From NCBI GenBank assembly GCA_008369845.1, contig MRSU01004282.1, forward strand, positions 1 through 42,802: DNA of 42,802 bases, read 5' to 3'. Of this stretch, positions 30,101 to 39,081 are shown piece after piece. Both the position numbers and the translations under genes were made by a program. The stretch comes from Trichomonas gallinae. Taxonomy: Eukaryota. Each line of letters opens with the position of its first letter. Positions within the stretch are counted from its first letter, which is position 1. The notes below the pieces were generated by a model that ran no database searches, was not told the DNA's origin, and was given only the letters and a program-made list of their open reading frames with translations.

Positions 30101-33100
30101 TGATTGTTCCTTTGGGGAAGTATCTCTTGTTTGAAGCACCAATGGAAACACCGCCAGTTGTCAAAGTTTGGATTGGCAAAGCAATTAATCTCTGCTCTTC
30201 GATAATAATATTATGCTTCTTCTTTTTCATTGTCTTGTCGAGATCAACGAGAGCTTTGTGGAAAATCAAGCCAGGAGTGTTGTATTCTTCATTGCTGCCT
30301 GTTGTCTTCTTTTCGTTTTCTTGCGAAATAATTTTCAATAAGTTGATTATTTTTTCGTCTGCTTTGATTTTTGTTCCATCTTGGAATTCTAAGATCATAT
30401 ATTTCTTCATTGGCTTCTTGTGTGGTTTCTTGTTGCCAATTGGCTTGATTGGAGTCTGCTTGGGCAGTTTGAAAACGTCAATTTTTCCACGCGGCGATTG
30501 AATTTTAGAATTAACTCTGATTTTCGGTGCAGTTGATAAGTGAGTGACATCCAATGACAAAAAGACATCATAGAGATTTTCATCCTCATCATATTCATAG
30601 CCGTAAGTCTCTGTTATCTTCTTAAGAGGTTTTTTGTCGAATATTTCTTTTGCTTTTGGATTCTCTTTCATGATTTTCAGGTAAACTTCGTGATTATGTT
30701 TCGTTACTTCATCAATTTCTTTCTGCATTGTTTCATTGATATTCATGATGTCAGACACGAATATCTGATCTTTCTCAGAGAATTCGAACTCGTTGTCGCT
30801 CAATTCTTTAGGAGTCGCGTAAGGAGAGAAGCCAGTATGTTCGACTTTGTTTTCTTCTTCCTCTTCAAGTTCTTCTTCTTCCTGTAGATCATCTACGACG
30901 ATTCTAGGCCATCCGCTTTCATATTCGAATCTAAATGTCTTCCTGTCGTTTTCCTTGAAAACAATCCTTGTTTTCTGTGAGTTTTCGAATGCTTCTTCCG
31001 AAAAGTTTCTTCCACTTTTTCCTTCGTTTTGATCTTTCTTGTTTTTAGAGTCTGGTGCTCTAGCTGTCATCTGCTCGTAATCATCATCAGTGAATGGTTT
31101 TGGAGCCAAATTAATTTTCTCTGCTTCTTTGTCTTCGTCCAATTCTTCTTTCTCTTTCGGCTTAGGTCTGTGAACTTCCGGATAATCTAATAATCTGATG
31201 TTTTGATCAATAGAAACAACGATGAAAAGATTTGTGTAAGGAACTAAAGCGAAACTCATCATTGATTTATGCTTTGGAAGGCTGCAGGAAAACAAAGAAC
31301 AGCCATGAACAGCATCGACAATCGTGAAAACATCTTCTTTGCTCAAACAGCAGACAACACCTTCCAAATCATATTTTGCGTTGAGCTTTTCGTAGTCTGG
31401 ATAACTTTTGAGAATTGATGTCGGCATAACTTTCATGAAAGGAACTTTGAAAACGCAAATAGTATGCAAATGGATTAATTTCGGTGGATTCTTTAGTACT
31501 TCGTAGCAAGAAGCCTTTCCATTGCTCATCGTAACGAAAATTAATGAAGGTGTCGCAAATACGAAAGATGTGCCAGTGTCGAATTCATCGAAAGCGACTG
31601 AATTTTTACATAGTATTTGCGTCGACATCTCCCAGATTGACAAATTCGCTTTTTCGAGCATTATCATCAATCTATCACCAGGAACTTGCTGCAATTGAAG
31701 TATTGCGTTGTCTATGACCTTCCAGCTGCCGACATAGCTGTCACATTTGCTACAGTAAAGAGCAAAAGCGCCTGGATACGAATCTGTTAATAACATTTTA
31801 TGGATTTTTCTTTCGCCAACTGCTGGACAGTAGATGTGTCTTTCTACAAATAAGTGGTCAACCATAGACATGTATGTGACTGGAACTGTCTTGTTTGTCT
31901 CCAACATTTCATAACATTTCATGTTTTTGAAGTCATATGTTTTGATTTCGCCGCCTTGATAACCTAAATAAAGAATGTCGTCTTCAATGAAGAATTTATT
32001 GAGTTTCGTAGTGATTGGATGTGATTTTTGTAGGTTTTCGACAATAGCTGCATCAATATCATATGTTTGTATGTTGTTTCCGTCTGGATGAATTTCGTGC
32101 ATAATATTATTTCTGCAAATCGCTAAAATATTGCCTGAAGAAGATACAACAACGTCTGAAACTAAGTCGCAGCATACAGCGAGCTCATGTGGAGCGTAAA
32201 ATGTCTCGAAAGACATAATTCGAATTCCTTCGCTTTCGAAAACGAACTGTCTCTTATTGAAATATGCTGTCTGCACGTCAAGAACAGCTTCAACGTTCTT
32301 TTCTTCGTTTGTATGTTGAACATCAAGATTTACTTCAGCAATTGTATTGCCTGTCATCATGTTGTAACGACGTAGAATTCTTTCATGTGATACAGATATA
32401 AGCGAAGAAGCATCTAATTGCATTCTTATTGGTCCTAACTGTATTTGCTTTATTGATTGAGTAAGTTGCGGTTTCTTACCGAATAAACGCCAGCATTTGA
32501 TAAAACCATCGCCTGCTGCTGTGTATAGCATGTGTCTATCGTTTGAATATTGAATTGCAGAAATTTCCATCGTGTGGGATGCGTTAAATCTGAAAATAAA
32601 GCTACCATCATCTGTAGAAAACACTATAATATCTGTTTTTGACGATCCAATGACGTATCCATCTCTTTCATCAATTGCGAGATGAGAGACCCAGTTTTTC
32701 CTTTCATGGGAAGACCAGTCTGGAGACCATAAGGCTTGTGTACCACTTATTGAGTTTTTAACCTCTAAACTTAAACATCTCAGCCATCCAAAATTTCCTG
32801 AGACGAATAACTTTTGTCTGCGATGAGACCAAGCGGTAGAAAGTATTACTAATGTCGTATCGAAGTTAAGTGATGGAATTTCAACGAGATTTTCATCAAA
32901 TGCGATTAAAGTTCTTCTTTCACGAATAATAACGAAAATAACGCGAGAAGGATAAAGACTCGAGAAAACAGAGAGGGCTGAAGATATGTTATCATGTGTT
33001 AAAAAGTCCCTTTGCTTGATACATTGATTCGTTTCATAATTAAATATTCGCAAATTAACGCCATCATACGTTAAAAGATATGGGGCACCAGGATATGCGC

Positions 33101-33167
33101 TTGCTGTCCACAGTTTTATCGGATATGGGTGATAAAAATCGTAGCGGTGGACGAAAAACGCATCCAT
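27159..33167 (-). CDS. Large protein with N-terminal WD40 beta-propeller region and long Glu/Lys-rich disordered C-terminus
   Basis: First ATG at 33167 (MDAFFVHRY). WD-like unit SHTMEISAIQYSNDRHMLYTAAGDGFIKCW. The first ~670 aa are beta-rich, followed by E/K-rich tracts. Confidence 0.8.
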   Translation of the reverse strand: MDAFFVHRYDFYHPYPIKLWTASAYPGAPYLLTYDGVNLRIFNYETNQCIKQRDFLTHDNISSALSVFSSLYPSRVIFVIIRERRTLIAFDENLVEIPSLNFDTTLVILSTAWSHRRQKLFVSGNFGWLRCLSLEVKNSISGTQALWSPDWSSHERKNWVSHLAIDERDGYVIGSSKTDIIVFSTDDGSFIFRFNASHTMEISAIQYSNDRHMLYTAAGDGFIKCWRLFGKKPQLTQSIKQIQLGPIRMQLDASSLISVSHERILRRYNMMTGNTIAEVNLDVQHTNEEKNVEAVLDVQTAYFNKRQFVFESEGIRIMSFETFYAPHELAVCCDLVSDVVVSSSGNILAICRNNIMHEIHPDGNNIQTYDIDAAIVENLQKSHPITTKLNKFFIEDDILYLGYQGGEIKTYDFKNMKCYEMLETNKTVPVTYMSMVDHLFVERHIYCPAVGERKIHKMLLTDSYPGAFALYCSKCDSYVGSWKVIDNAILQLQQVPGDRLMIMLEKANLSIWEMSTQILCKNSVAFDEFDTGTSFVFATPSLIFVTMSNGKASCYEVLKNPPKLIHLHTICVFKVPFMKVMPTSILKSYPDYEKLNAKYDLEGVVCCLSKEDVFTIVDAVHGCSLFSCSLPKHKSMMSFALVPYTNLFIVVSIDQNIRLLDYPEVHRPKPKEKEELDEDKEAEKINLAPKPFTDDDYEQMTARAPDSKNKKDQNEGKSGRNFSEEAFENSQKTRIVFKENDRKTFRFEYESGWPRIVVDDLQEEEELEEEEENKVEHTGFSPYATPKELSDNEFEFSEKDQIFVSDIMNINETMQKEIDEVTKHNHEVYLKIMKENPKAKEIFDKKPLKKITETYGYEYDEDENLYDVFLSLDVTHLSTAPKIRVNSKIQSPRGKIDVFKLPKQTPIKPIGNKKPHKKPMKKYMILEFQDGTKIKADEKIINLLKIISQENEKKTTGSNEEYNTPGLIFHKALVDLDKTMKKKKHNIIIEEQRLIALPIQTLTTGGVSIGASNKRYFPKGTISRFVINTIGGSTITSMNKKGGYMHSPFFHWEGVNFTNPDGKRKHRKKKLKIMKFNVVGEQVIEEEEEYTYEEEYEEESAESVGKSILSDKHSASYHSEDRYSSHFSDKMQQEEDTFGEEDTFGEMSPLPSKINLFDTTDEKVRKLREKSPSVKAISDLFGSSDNPLLDLLNKSEKLTTDQILSDLHNNYPDGPIEWRPLDSIPKLGTPTKNAFNVAGLHLTNLPESERPLSPRVYDPLMMLNQAIKLDDSDLSSISETSDDLMGYSDVSSESLLYDEGSNSSKEFNLGVKKNTKVLTQSQYFIQANLRRSDFAALRKLLDEDGLIDENDTFINLPRWQPTVEFKPRHKPVEKPPGQKKSSRDKKKRTEEKKVADDTLDIKIEQINAQEISDEDDIDIDNDNAVRDKSQPSSDVLPQDESAEQIEEEEIADQETESKPKYKISEGLKKDFKRETIQVAKTKATTNYANIKYDHEGPRKPPPPDKQVRKVVEQAPPESRIDKSKLKVSEGMQKPKKKVKKIKVQEKKENKVKKVKVAKEMKKKTKVTKIKKARVKKVVKKKPRYKYSPIILPKIKRCDSFGGRKHPIRIDEYEKPKYWREFFKHISKSDDDDINKPGEEEEILEEEEIVEEEEIIEEEEEEQEEEDLDGYVYVYEEEDEEEYGGLAAQMARIKAREEEKQHEEVVIYEEHEDKESTKTKKSKKTSRSKKSTPKKSTRSNHSKKSKESKSSQETSQEKIYEEILPAEELIPQEEEQKHEEEEEARITVNKQAYRRHYNKKKKLEEEEEKKEVEEEEKKEVEEEEIEYEEESYYEEEDYYEEEDKGAITLDELSDKKKNRIKSAEMLAAEEAALLAQLQSQTTGDEIPRDDLLLGLGTPSKKKNEDINLFEIATDEPRPTHLGESVGLIELEGEYYFESREFVYPPLNVFSKSTNDLIKKIDKEKQTISMFKDVDLVEAPPIYLSHYCPSLFDKRTGKLRRNSY

Positions 33168-33587
33168 GGTGAAAAAACGATTTTTATTTGAAAATTTTAG
33201 TTTTATTTGATATTTGCATTTACTATCATATAACAAACCAATTTATCTTAAAATTTTCGAAAAATATCTACTTTTAACCACGAATGATTATTTTTGATTT
33301 TCTCTAAGCACTGAGTAGATAAAAACACATTTAACTAGTTTCATGTCATGTACAAATATCCATATTAGAATGTATTATAGCTGACGATCTAAATATTAAT
33401 AGGAAATTACGAAATAATTATTGAATTTTATTTCTTCAATATTAGATATAAAAATAAATATTTGCATGCATGTTCCTCCTAAATTATATCTATTTTAGGT
33501 ATATTTTTCAAATATTATTAGTGAAAAAAAATATTATTTCAATAAATGGATAGGATAGTTTTACAATACAAAACAAATAACAAAGAA

Positions 33588-35168
33588 TTAAATTTCTTCA
33601 TCGTGGAAATGGAAAACTCCACTTGGATAAACTTCTTCAAATTCATTGGCAAAAACATCATCATCAACAGTGATTGTTGTAGTGAACATTGGGTTGTCAA
33701 GGGTTGTGCAGCTTATGCAATCTGTACTGATAATTGTTTCTTCCATTTCTTCCTGACTAGACTCGTTTGATATGCTGTCGCTTTTGGATCTCATCTTGTA
33801 GTATATTGCAGCTGCAATGATTCCAACTATTGCAAGAACACCAACAATGATGCCGATGATCAATCCAAGAGGGACTTTCTTTTTGCCGTTGTTTTTACCA
33901 ACTTCTCCACTACCCAAACTTTCCCCGCTTGGAGAAGCTGGTGTCTGTGTAAATTCTTTGGCTGGTTTATCGTTCTCAGGGATTTTGTCTATTTGTGGTT
34001 TGCTTGTTGGCTTTACTGATGGTGTGGGATCTTTGGTTATTGATGGTGTATTTGATGGTGTTGATGATGGAGTGCTTGATGGTGTTGATGAGGGTGTATT
34101 TGATGGTGTTGATGAGGGTGTATTTGATGGAGTTGATGATGGAGTACTTGATGGTGTTGATGATGGCATAGGAGTTGGCTTTGGGACGCAGTTACCTTTA
34201 TCTTGAATTTGACCCTCAGGACATGTAGAACATTTTCCAGTTTCTTTATGTTCATATGTTACGACTGGAGTCTTAGAGCAATTTTCATAGCAAACACCTT
34301 CATATAAATATTTACCTTTAGGACATTCTGTGCATTTATTGACATCATCATAATCGCAATCATAGCAACTTTCATTACACAGTTTTATTGTTTCAATATG
34401 CAATGAACCATTTCCTGCTGCATTATTATTAATTCCGACAGATTCAGTTACATCACCATAGAAATAATCATACTTCCAATTACTTGAACCGCCTTTTCCT
34501 GTTGAATAATAAGCATTATAATTAGACCAATCGCCTCCATATCCACCTCTAAATCCACCACCACCTCCACTACCAGGAATCAGATAAGAATATGTACCAT
34601 TTCCACCATATCGTCCATTTGTAAAGCACAGTTTTTTTGAATTTGAGGTACAATTAACTTCGTTATAGTATGAATCAATCTCAAAATTATAAATTTTTCC
34701 ACCAGCACTTGATCCATTATTCCAATATGTCGCACCAGCTCCACCACCAGCAATTACAATATAATTTTCGGAACTTAATCCAAAAAATGAATATCCACCT
34801 CCACCACCAGATTGATCACCTTTTCCATTACCCTCTGAATCATAGCCACTATATCCGCCTTCGCCATATATCGAGCCGGGATTTTGGAGTATAGTGTTAT
34901 TGTTACAAATTGTGATTGGTGTGTCTCCTACAACGATTTTGTAATCATTTTTGCCTTTTAAATGTAATATTCCAGAAATAATTGCTCCATGACCGCCTTC
35001 AATTGGCTGTTTATTATCATTGATTTTTTTAACTTCTGCATTACGGCAGCCAAGTGCTCCTTGCGCTCCAATAATAGTAATATTATAGTAGCCAGCACTC
35101 AATATTTGGTTATAGTTACCTGGATTGGTCCAATTAATTGCTCTGCTCAATGAGAAGAACAAAAACAT
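33588..35168 (-). CDS. Type-I surface protein, paralog 1: Gly-rich (ALK/LTK-like) domain, furin-like Cys repeats, STP stalk, TM, acidic tail
   Basis: MFLFFSL leader; IIGAQG, GGHGAIISG, SGGGGG.S, VIAGGGAG and GKGGSS; CNESCYDC...CPKGKYLYEGVCYENC; (STPS)n; TM LGLIIGIIVGVLAIVGIIAAAIYY; tail motif LDNPMFTTT. Confidence 0.88.
   Translation of the reverse strand: MFLFFSLSRAINWTNPGNYNQILSAGYYNITIIGAQGALGCRNAEVKKINDNKQPIEGGHGAIISGILHLKGKNDYKIVVGDTPITICNNNTILQNPGSIYGEGGYSGYDSEGNGKGDQSGGGGGYSFFGLSSENYIVIAGGGAGATYWNNGSSAGGKIYNFEIDSYYNEVNCTSNSKKLCFTNGRYGGNGTYSYLIPGSGGGGGFRGGYGGDWSNYNAYYSTGKGGSSNWKYDYFYGDVTESVGINNNAAGNGSLHIETIKLCNESCYDCDYDDVNKCTECPKGKYLYEGVCYENCSKTPVVTYEHKETGKCSTCPEGQIQDKGNCVPKPTPMPSSTPSSTPSSTPSNTPSSTPSNTPSSTPSSTPSSTPSNTPSITKDPTPSVKPTSKPQIDKIPENDKPAKEFTQTPASPSGESLGSGEVGKNNGKKKVPLGLIIGIIVGVLAIVGIIAAAIYYKMRSKSDSISNESSQEEMEETIISTDCISCTTLDNPMFTTTITVDDDVFANEFEEVYPSGVFHFHDEEI
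34041..34166 (-). repeat. Coding 12/24-bp tandem repeat encoding (S/N)TPS stalk
   Basis: Repeated gatggtgttgat/gagggtgtattt-type units; the protein reads PSSTPSSTPSNTPSS. Confidence 0.85.
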
Positions 35169-35550
35169 TTGTTATGGTCAATTGTTCAATATTTTTAAAA
35201 AAATTTATAAAAATGATGTATCTATTATTGTTGAATGTTTCTTTAATTTAGATTTTTGAATTGTTTCATTCAAAAAAAAATTGAAATAAAAATTGTGGAA
35301 AACAAATAATAGATTTTATATCATACAATAAAATTATCAACATTTTTGTGATCGTGAATATATTCCACTCAATTTCTTGAATACGATTAATTTTCAATTG
35401 AAAAAAATAAACATTGAAAAGTCCAAATAAACAGAGATGTGGTAACAAGTGAAAATACTTTTTCGTGGCTTCAAACTTTGGCATATAAAAGCTCTATATA
35501 CATGAATTTTATATACAAAATATTTCCGGATTTTTCAACTTGGTGCCACA

Positions 35551-35628
35551 TGTCAAAAAAAAAAAAAAAAAATCCGGCCTCTGGCGATGATAGCGCCGCG
35601 GCGTCATCATTGCCTCCAGCCGGTGACA
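35551..35628. other. GC-rich fold-back element next to an A18 run
   Basis: Paired segments ccggc/gccgg (35574-78/35619-23), ggcgatgat/atcattgcc (35583-91/35606-14) and cgcc/ggcg. A-run at 35555-35572; outer tgtca/tgaca. Confidence 0.6.
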
Positions 35629-36209
35629 CATCTATCAAAAATATTCATTTAATATAAAAAATTCAATTTTCACGAAATCTACAAAGCTGTTCCATTAAAA
35701 ATTTACTTTGTTCTAGTTTACAGTGCCACATGGAGAGGCATATATTTCGCCTTCTGAATCTTGAGTAAAGTTGCGCCCCGTACGCAAAAATCCAATGACT
35801 AAAAAATTTACTTTAAAATGTCTTACATAGTCTTATTCTTGATAGTTGCTGGTTAATAAGGTTAATCAAATGATAGTAAAATTGTACGAATTTAATATTT
35901 TCTTGAGAAATATTTCGTAGGAAATGGTAACAACATCAATACCATTCATCTTAAATATAGGATGTGTACTAAATTTTCTCCTTATACTAGAAAATACGTC
36001 AATTAGGGAATTTAAAAAATAGTAATGTGAAAGAGAGAATTATAATTCTTGGAGTATTGGATCAGTAGAAAATATAAAAATATCTTATTGCAAGCTACTA
36101 GCCTTTCTTCATGGGATATCAATGAATGCAAGCAGAAATGGTAAATCTTAAACGTTCGCTTTTTGACATATATAAATAAATTTTATTTTACATATTATTT
36201 ATTTCATGT

Positions 36210-36366
36210 AAAGTGACAAAATGTCAAAATAAAATATATTGTGTTGCCCTTCAATTATTTTGAGAATTTTTTTGAAATTTTAAATATTATATTTATTATC
36301 CAATTCTAGATTAATTTTCAATTAAAAGTGACATTGTAAACTTTTTACTAAAATAATGAATTCACT
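36210..36366 (+). promoter_or_regulatory. Putative plus-strand promoter (two M2 motifs and an Inr) with no downstream CDS
   Basis: AAAGTGAC at 36210-36217 and 36325-36332; TCACT at 36362-36366. Confidence 0.4.
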
Positions 36367-36644
36367 TTACAAATGATTAATGTCGATTACAAGTAAAATA
36401 CCTTATGAAATAAAACCAGAAACAAAATATGATGCAATGCTCACAAATAAACATAAATATACATAAAGATTTTTATTTTTCAAAATATTGCAGTTTAAAA
36501 TTATTTTGATCTATCATCAATAACACCCCGCACTCATTAATACAAGCAACTTTATCTATAAATATGCTATGCTTGGCGATCAACATAACAATAAGCAGAA
36601 AAAAAAAAGCCAAAATCGATTTTTTATTTTCATCATACTTCATT

Positions 36645-36917
36645 TGACTAAGATAATGACGGATTCTTAGTCATATAACAACACATCCGTCAACATCATC
36701 GCTAAACAGAACAGTTTTCTATTAAGTCTCGATTCGAACTACAAAGCACCGTAAATGCTACAATTCTGGTGTAAATTCTCCAGTGGCATGCTATGTTAGA
36801 GAGTTTACACTCGAATGGCAGCATTTATGGTGCTCTCCAACTACATCAGATTTTGTCTAGGCTGCAAGATGCGTCATATAGTAGTCTTTGACGAATATAA
36901 GATGCATCTATGACTAG
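36645..36917 (+). ncRNA. Candidate structured non-coding RNA: H-type pseudoknot and two long hairpins
   Basis: 9-bp and 8-bp interlocked perfect stems (36645-36692), a 90-nt hairpin (36745-36834) and a second hairpin (36857-36917). Non-WC pairs within the stems are G-U on the + strand. No ORF overlaps. Confidence 0.5.
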
Positions 36918-37540
36918 CTTTGCCGAAAAATCACTCAAACTTTGTACAAACCATAAAAATGACAGATTCGTACTGAAATCTACATGAAACAACACATTTC
37001 GAGCAAAAAGACTGTCTTAAAAGTATGATTGGGTTCAGCTTGTTTGCATATGTTTATACCATTCATTATTTTAACATTGTCATAATTTTCTCACTCTACA
37101 TCAAATCATTACAACAGAACTCATTACATTTCTAACACATATTCGATACTATCATATATTGTTATACCATACTAACTACACATAACACATGAATGAAAAA
37201 ATAGAAATTTAGATATCATTTCATAATTGAATATGTGATATAGGCTTCAGCTTGCTATACATATGAATTCTATAATGCAAATTTTACCATAAAACAAGCT
37301 TTATAATTTCAAAATTTTATTTATTAGTACTTCCAAATTATAATAAGTTATTCTGAATATATCACAAGTAATATTATGTTTTATGTGATTTTAATGTTCC
37401 AAAACATGCATTTTTTTTTTAATAACAATCTATTCGAGTTATACAAAATTGTAAAAAATACATTTGGAAAATGCACTAAAAATAAGAAAATAAAAGAATA
37501 GGATAACTTTACAATACAAAACAAATAAGAAATATACAAA

Positions 37541-39049
37541 TTAAAGTTCTTCATCATGAAAGTGGAAATAATCACTCTTATCTTTTTCTTCGAAATCATC
37601 TGCAAAGATATCTTCAGAGTTCATGCTTACTGTCGTTGTGAACATTGGATTCTCAAGCGTTGTGACCATTCCGTAATCTGCGCTAATGACAGTTTCCTCC
37701 ATCATTTCATTCTCGCATGTTTCATTTTCATCTTTCTGCTTCAATAAGAAGTATACTGCTACTGCAATAAGTCCTATCAATGCAAGCGAGCCAACAGTGA
37801 CTCCAATGATTAATCCAAGTCGCTTATCCTTCTCATTTTGATTGCTTGGAATATCTGTTGGAGCAGAATTGAGCATTTGCCCATTTTGTGGATTGGCTGT
37901 TGGTGTCAATCTTAGTAGGAGATCTGATGTGGTGTCAGGCGTTGATGATGGAGTACTTGATGGTGTTGCAAGTGGAACTTCGATTGGTGTGTCTGATGGG
38001 GTCATTGCAGGTGTGAATGATGGCGTGCTGAGTGGTGACTTATTAGGTGTTGGTGATGGCATTGGTGTTGGCTTTGGAACGCAGTTACCATCTTGTTCTG
38101 GAATCTCACCAATAGGGCATTTAAAACATCTTCTGGTTTCATTATCTGGATAAGTAGCACTTGGAGATTGTGGGCATTCATCATAACAAGCACCTGCATA
38201 TAAATATTTGTCAGGATAACATTCTGTGCAAACACTGGCATTATTGAATTCGCAATTATAGCAACCTTCTTTACACAGTTTTATTACCTCAATATACAAA
38301 GAACCATTTCCTGTTGCATTATTATCAATTCCGACAGAAATGTTTACATCACCATAAAAATAATCATCCTTCCAATTACTCGATCCACCTTTTCCTGCAG
38401 AATAATAAGTATTTTTTATAGAATTAACACCTTGATATCCACCTGTAAAGCCGCCACCACCACCACCTCCAGGAACAACTCTACTATCAACACCATTGCC
38501 TCCATTTCGCCCATTACTAAAGCAAGGATAATCAGATCCAATGGTACACTTTACTTCCTTATAGTAATAATCAATCTTAAAATTACTGCCTCTTCCACCA
38601 GCACTTCCTCCATTATTGTAGTATGTGGCACCACCTCCTCCACCCGCAATTACAATGTATTTTTCGTAATCTAAGCCAAAAAGTGAATATCCACCACCGC
38701 CACCAGATTGATCACCTTTTCCTTTATCTGTATCTTTGCCGCTCTGTCCACCTTCACCATAAATTGAGCCAGGATTTTGGTAAAAACTACAATTAGGGAT
38801 TGGTGTGTCTCCAACAACGATACTGTACTCATAATTACCTTTTAAATGTAGTATTCCCGAAATAATTGCTCCATGACCGCCTTGAAGTAGTCTTCCGGAA
38901 TAATCTTTGGCAACATTTGCTTGATTACAACCTAATCCTCCTTGTGCCCCAATGATGGTAATATTATAGTAGCCAGCACTCAATGTTTGGTTATAATTAC
39001 CTGGAGCTGTCCAATTAAATGCTTTTATCAAGGAGAAAAACAAAAACAT
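37541..39049 (-). CDS. Type-I Gly-rich/Cys-rich surface protein, paralog 2
   Basis: Same architecture as 33588-35168 with long identical blocks (GYYNITIIGAQG, GGHGAIISGILHLKG, QNPGSIYGEGG); tail LENPMFTTT...FHFHDEEL. Confidence 0.88.
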   Translation of the reverse strand: MFLFFSLIKAFNWTAPGNYNQTLSAGYYNITIIGAQGGLGCNQANVAKDYSGRLLQGGHGAIISGILHLKGNYEYSIVVGDTPIPNCSFYQNPGSIYGEGGQSGKDTDKGKGDQSGGGGGYSLFGLDYEKYIVIAGGGGGATYYNNGGSAGGRGSNFKIDYYYKEVKCTIGSDYPCFSNGRNGGNGVDSRVVPGGGGGGGFTGGYQGVNSIKNTYYSAGKGGSSNWKDDYFYGDVNISVGIDNNATGNGSLYIEVIKLCKEGCYNCEFNNASVCTECYPDKYLYAGACYDECPQSPSATYPDNETRRCFKCPIGEIPEQDGNCVPKPTPMPSPTPNKSPLSTPSFTPAMTPSDTPIEVPLATPSSTPSSTPDTTSDLLLRLTPTANPQNGQMLNSAPTDIPSNQNEKDKRLGLIIGVTVGSLALIGLIAVAVYFLLKQKDENETCENEMMEETVISADYGMVTTLENPMFTTTVSMNSEDIFADDFEEKDKSDYFHFHDEEL

Positions 39050-39081
39050 TTTTTGAACAATTGGTCAATTGTTCAAAAAAT
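39048..39081. repeat. 16-bp-arm perfect palindrome overlapping the start codon of paralog 2
   Basis: attttttgaacaattg-gt-caattgttcaaaaaat. Confidence 0.85.

Noticed and set aside
27311..32375. Many short ORFs overlapping the 2000-aa gene
   Set aside because: They are antisense or frame shadows of low-complexity E/K-rich coding sequence.
35574..35623. Bacterial intrinsic terminator or C/D snoRNA
   Set aside because: The locus is eukaryotic with no adjacent bacterial gene. A C-box-like atgatga on the minus strand has no CTGA D box after it.
35760..36150. Possible decayed coding fragment on the minus strand
   Set aside because: Only short open stretches with no recognisable family; cannot be supported without a translated search.
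36745..36950. H/ACA snoRNA or hammerhead ribozyme identity for the hairpins
   Set aside because: An ANANNA (acatca) lies between the hairpins, but no ACA box directly follows hairpin B. The minus-strand ctgatgt does not match the CUGANGA hammerhead core.
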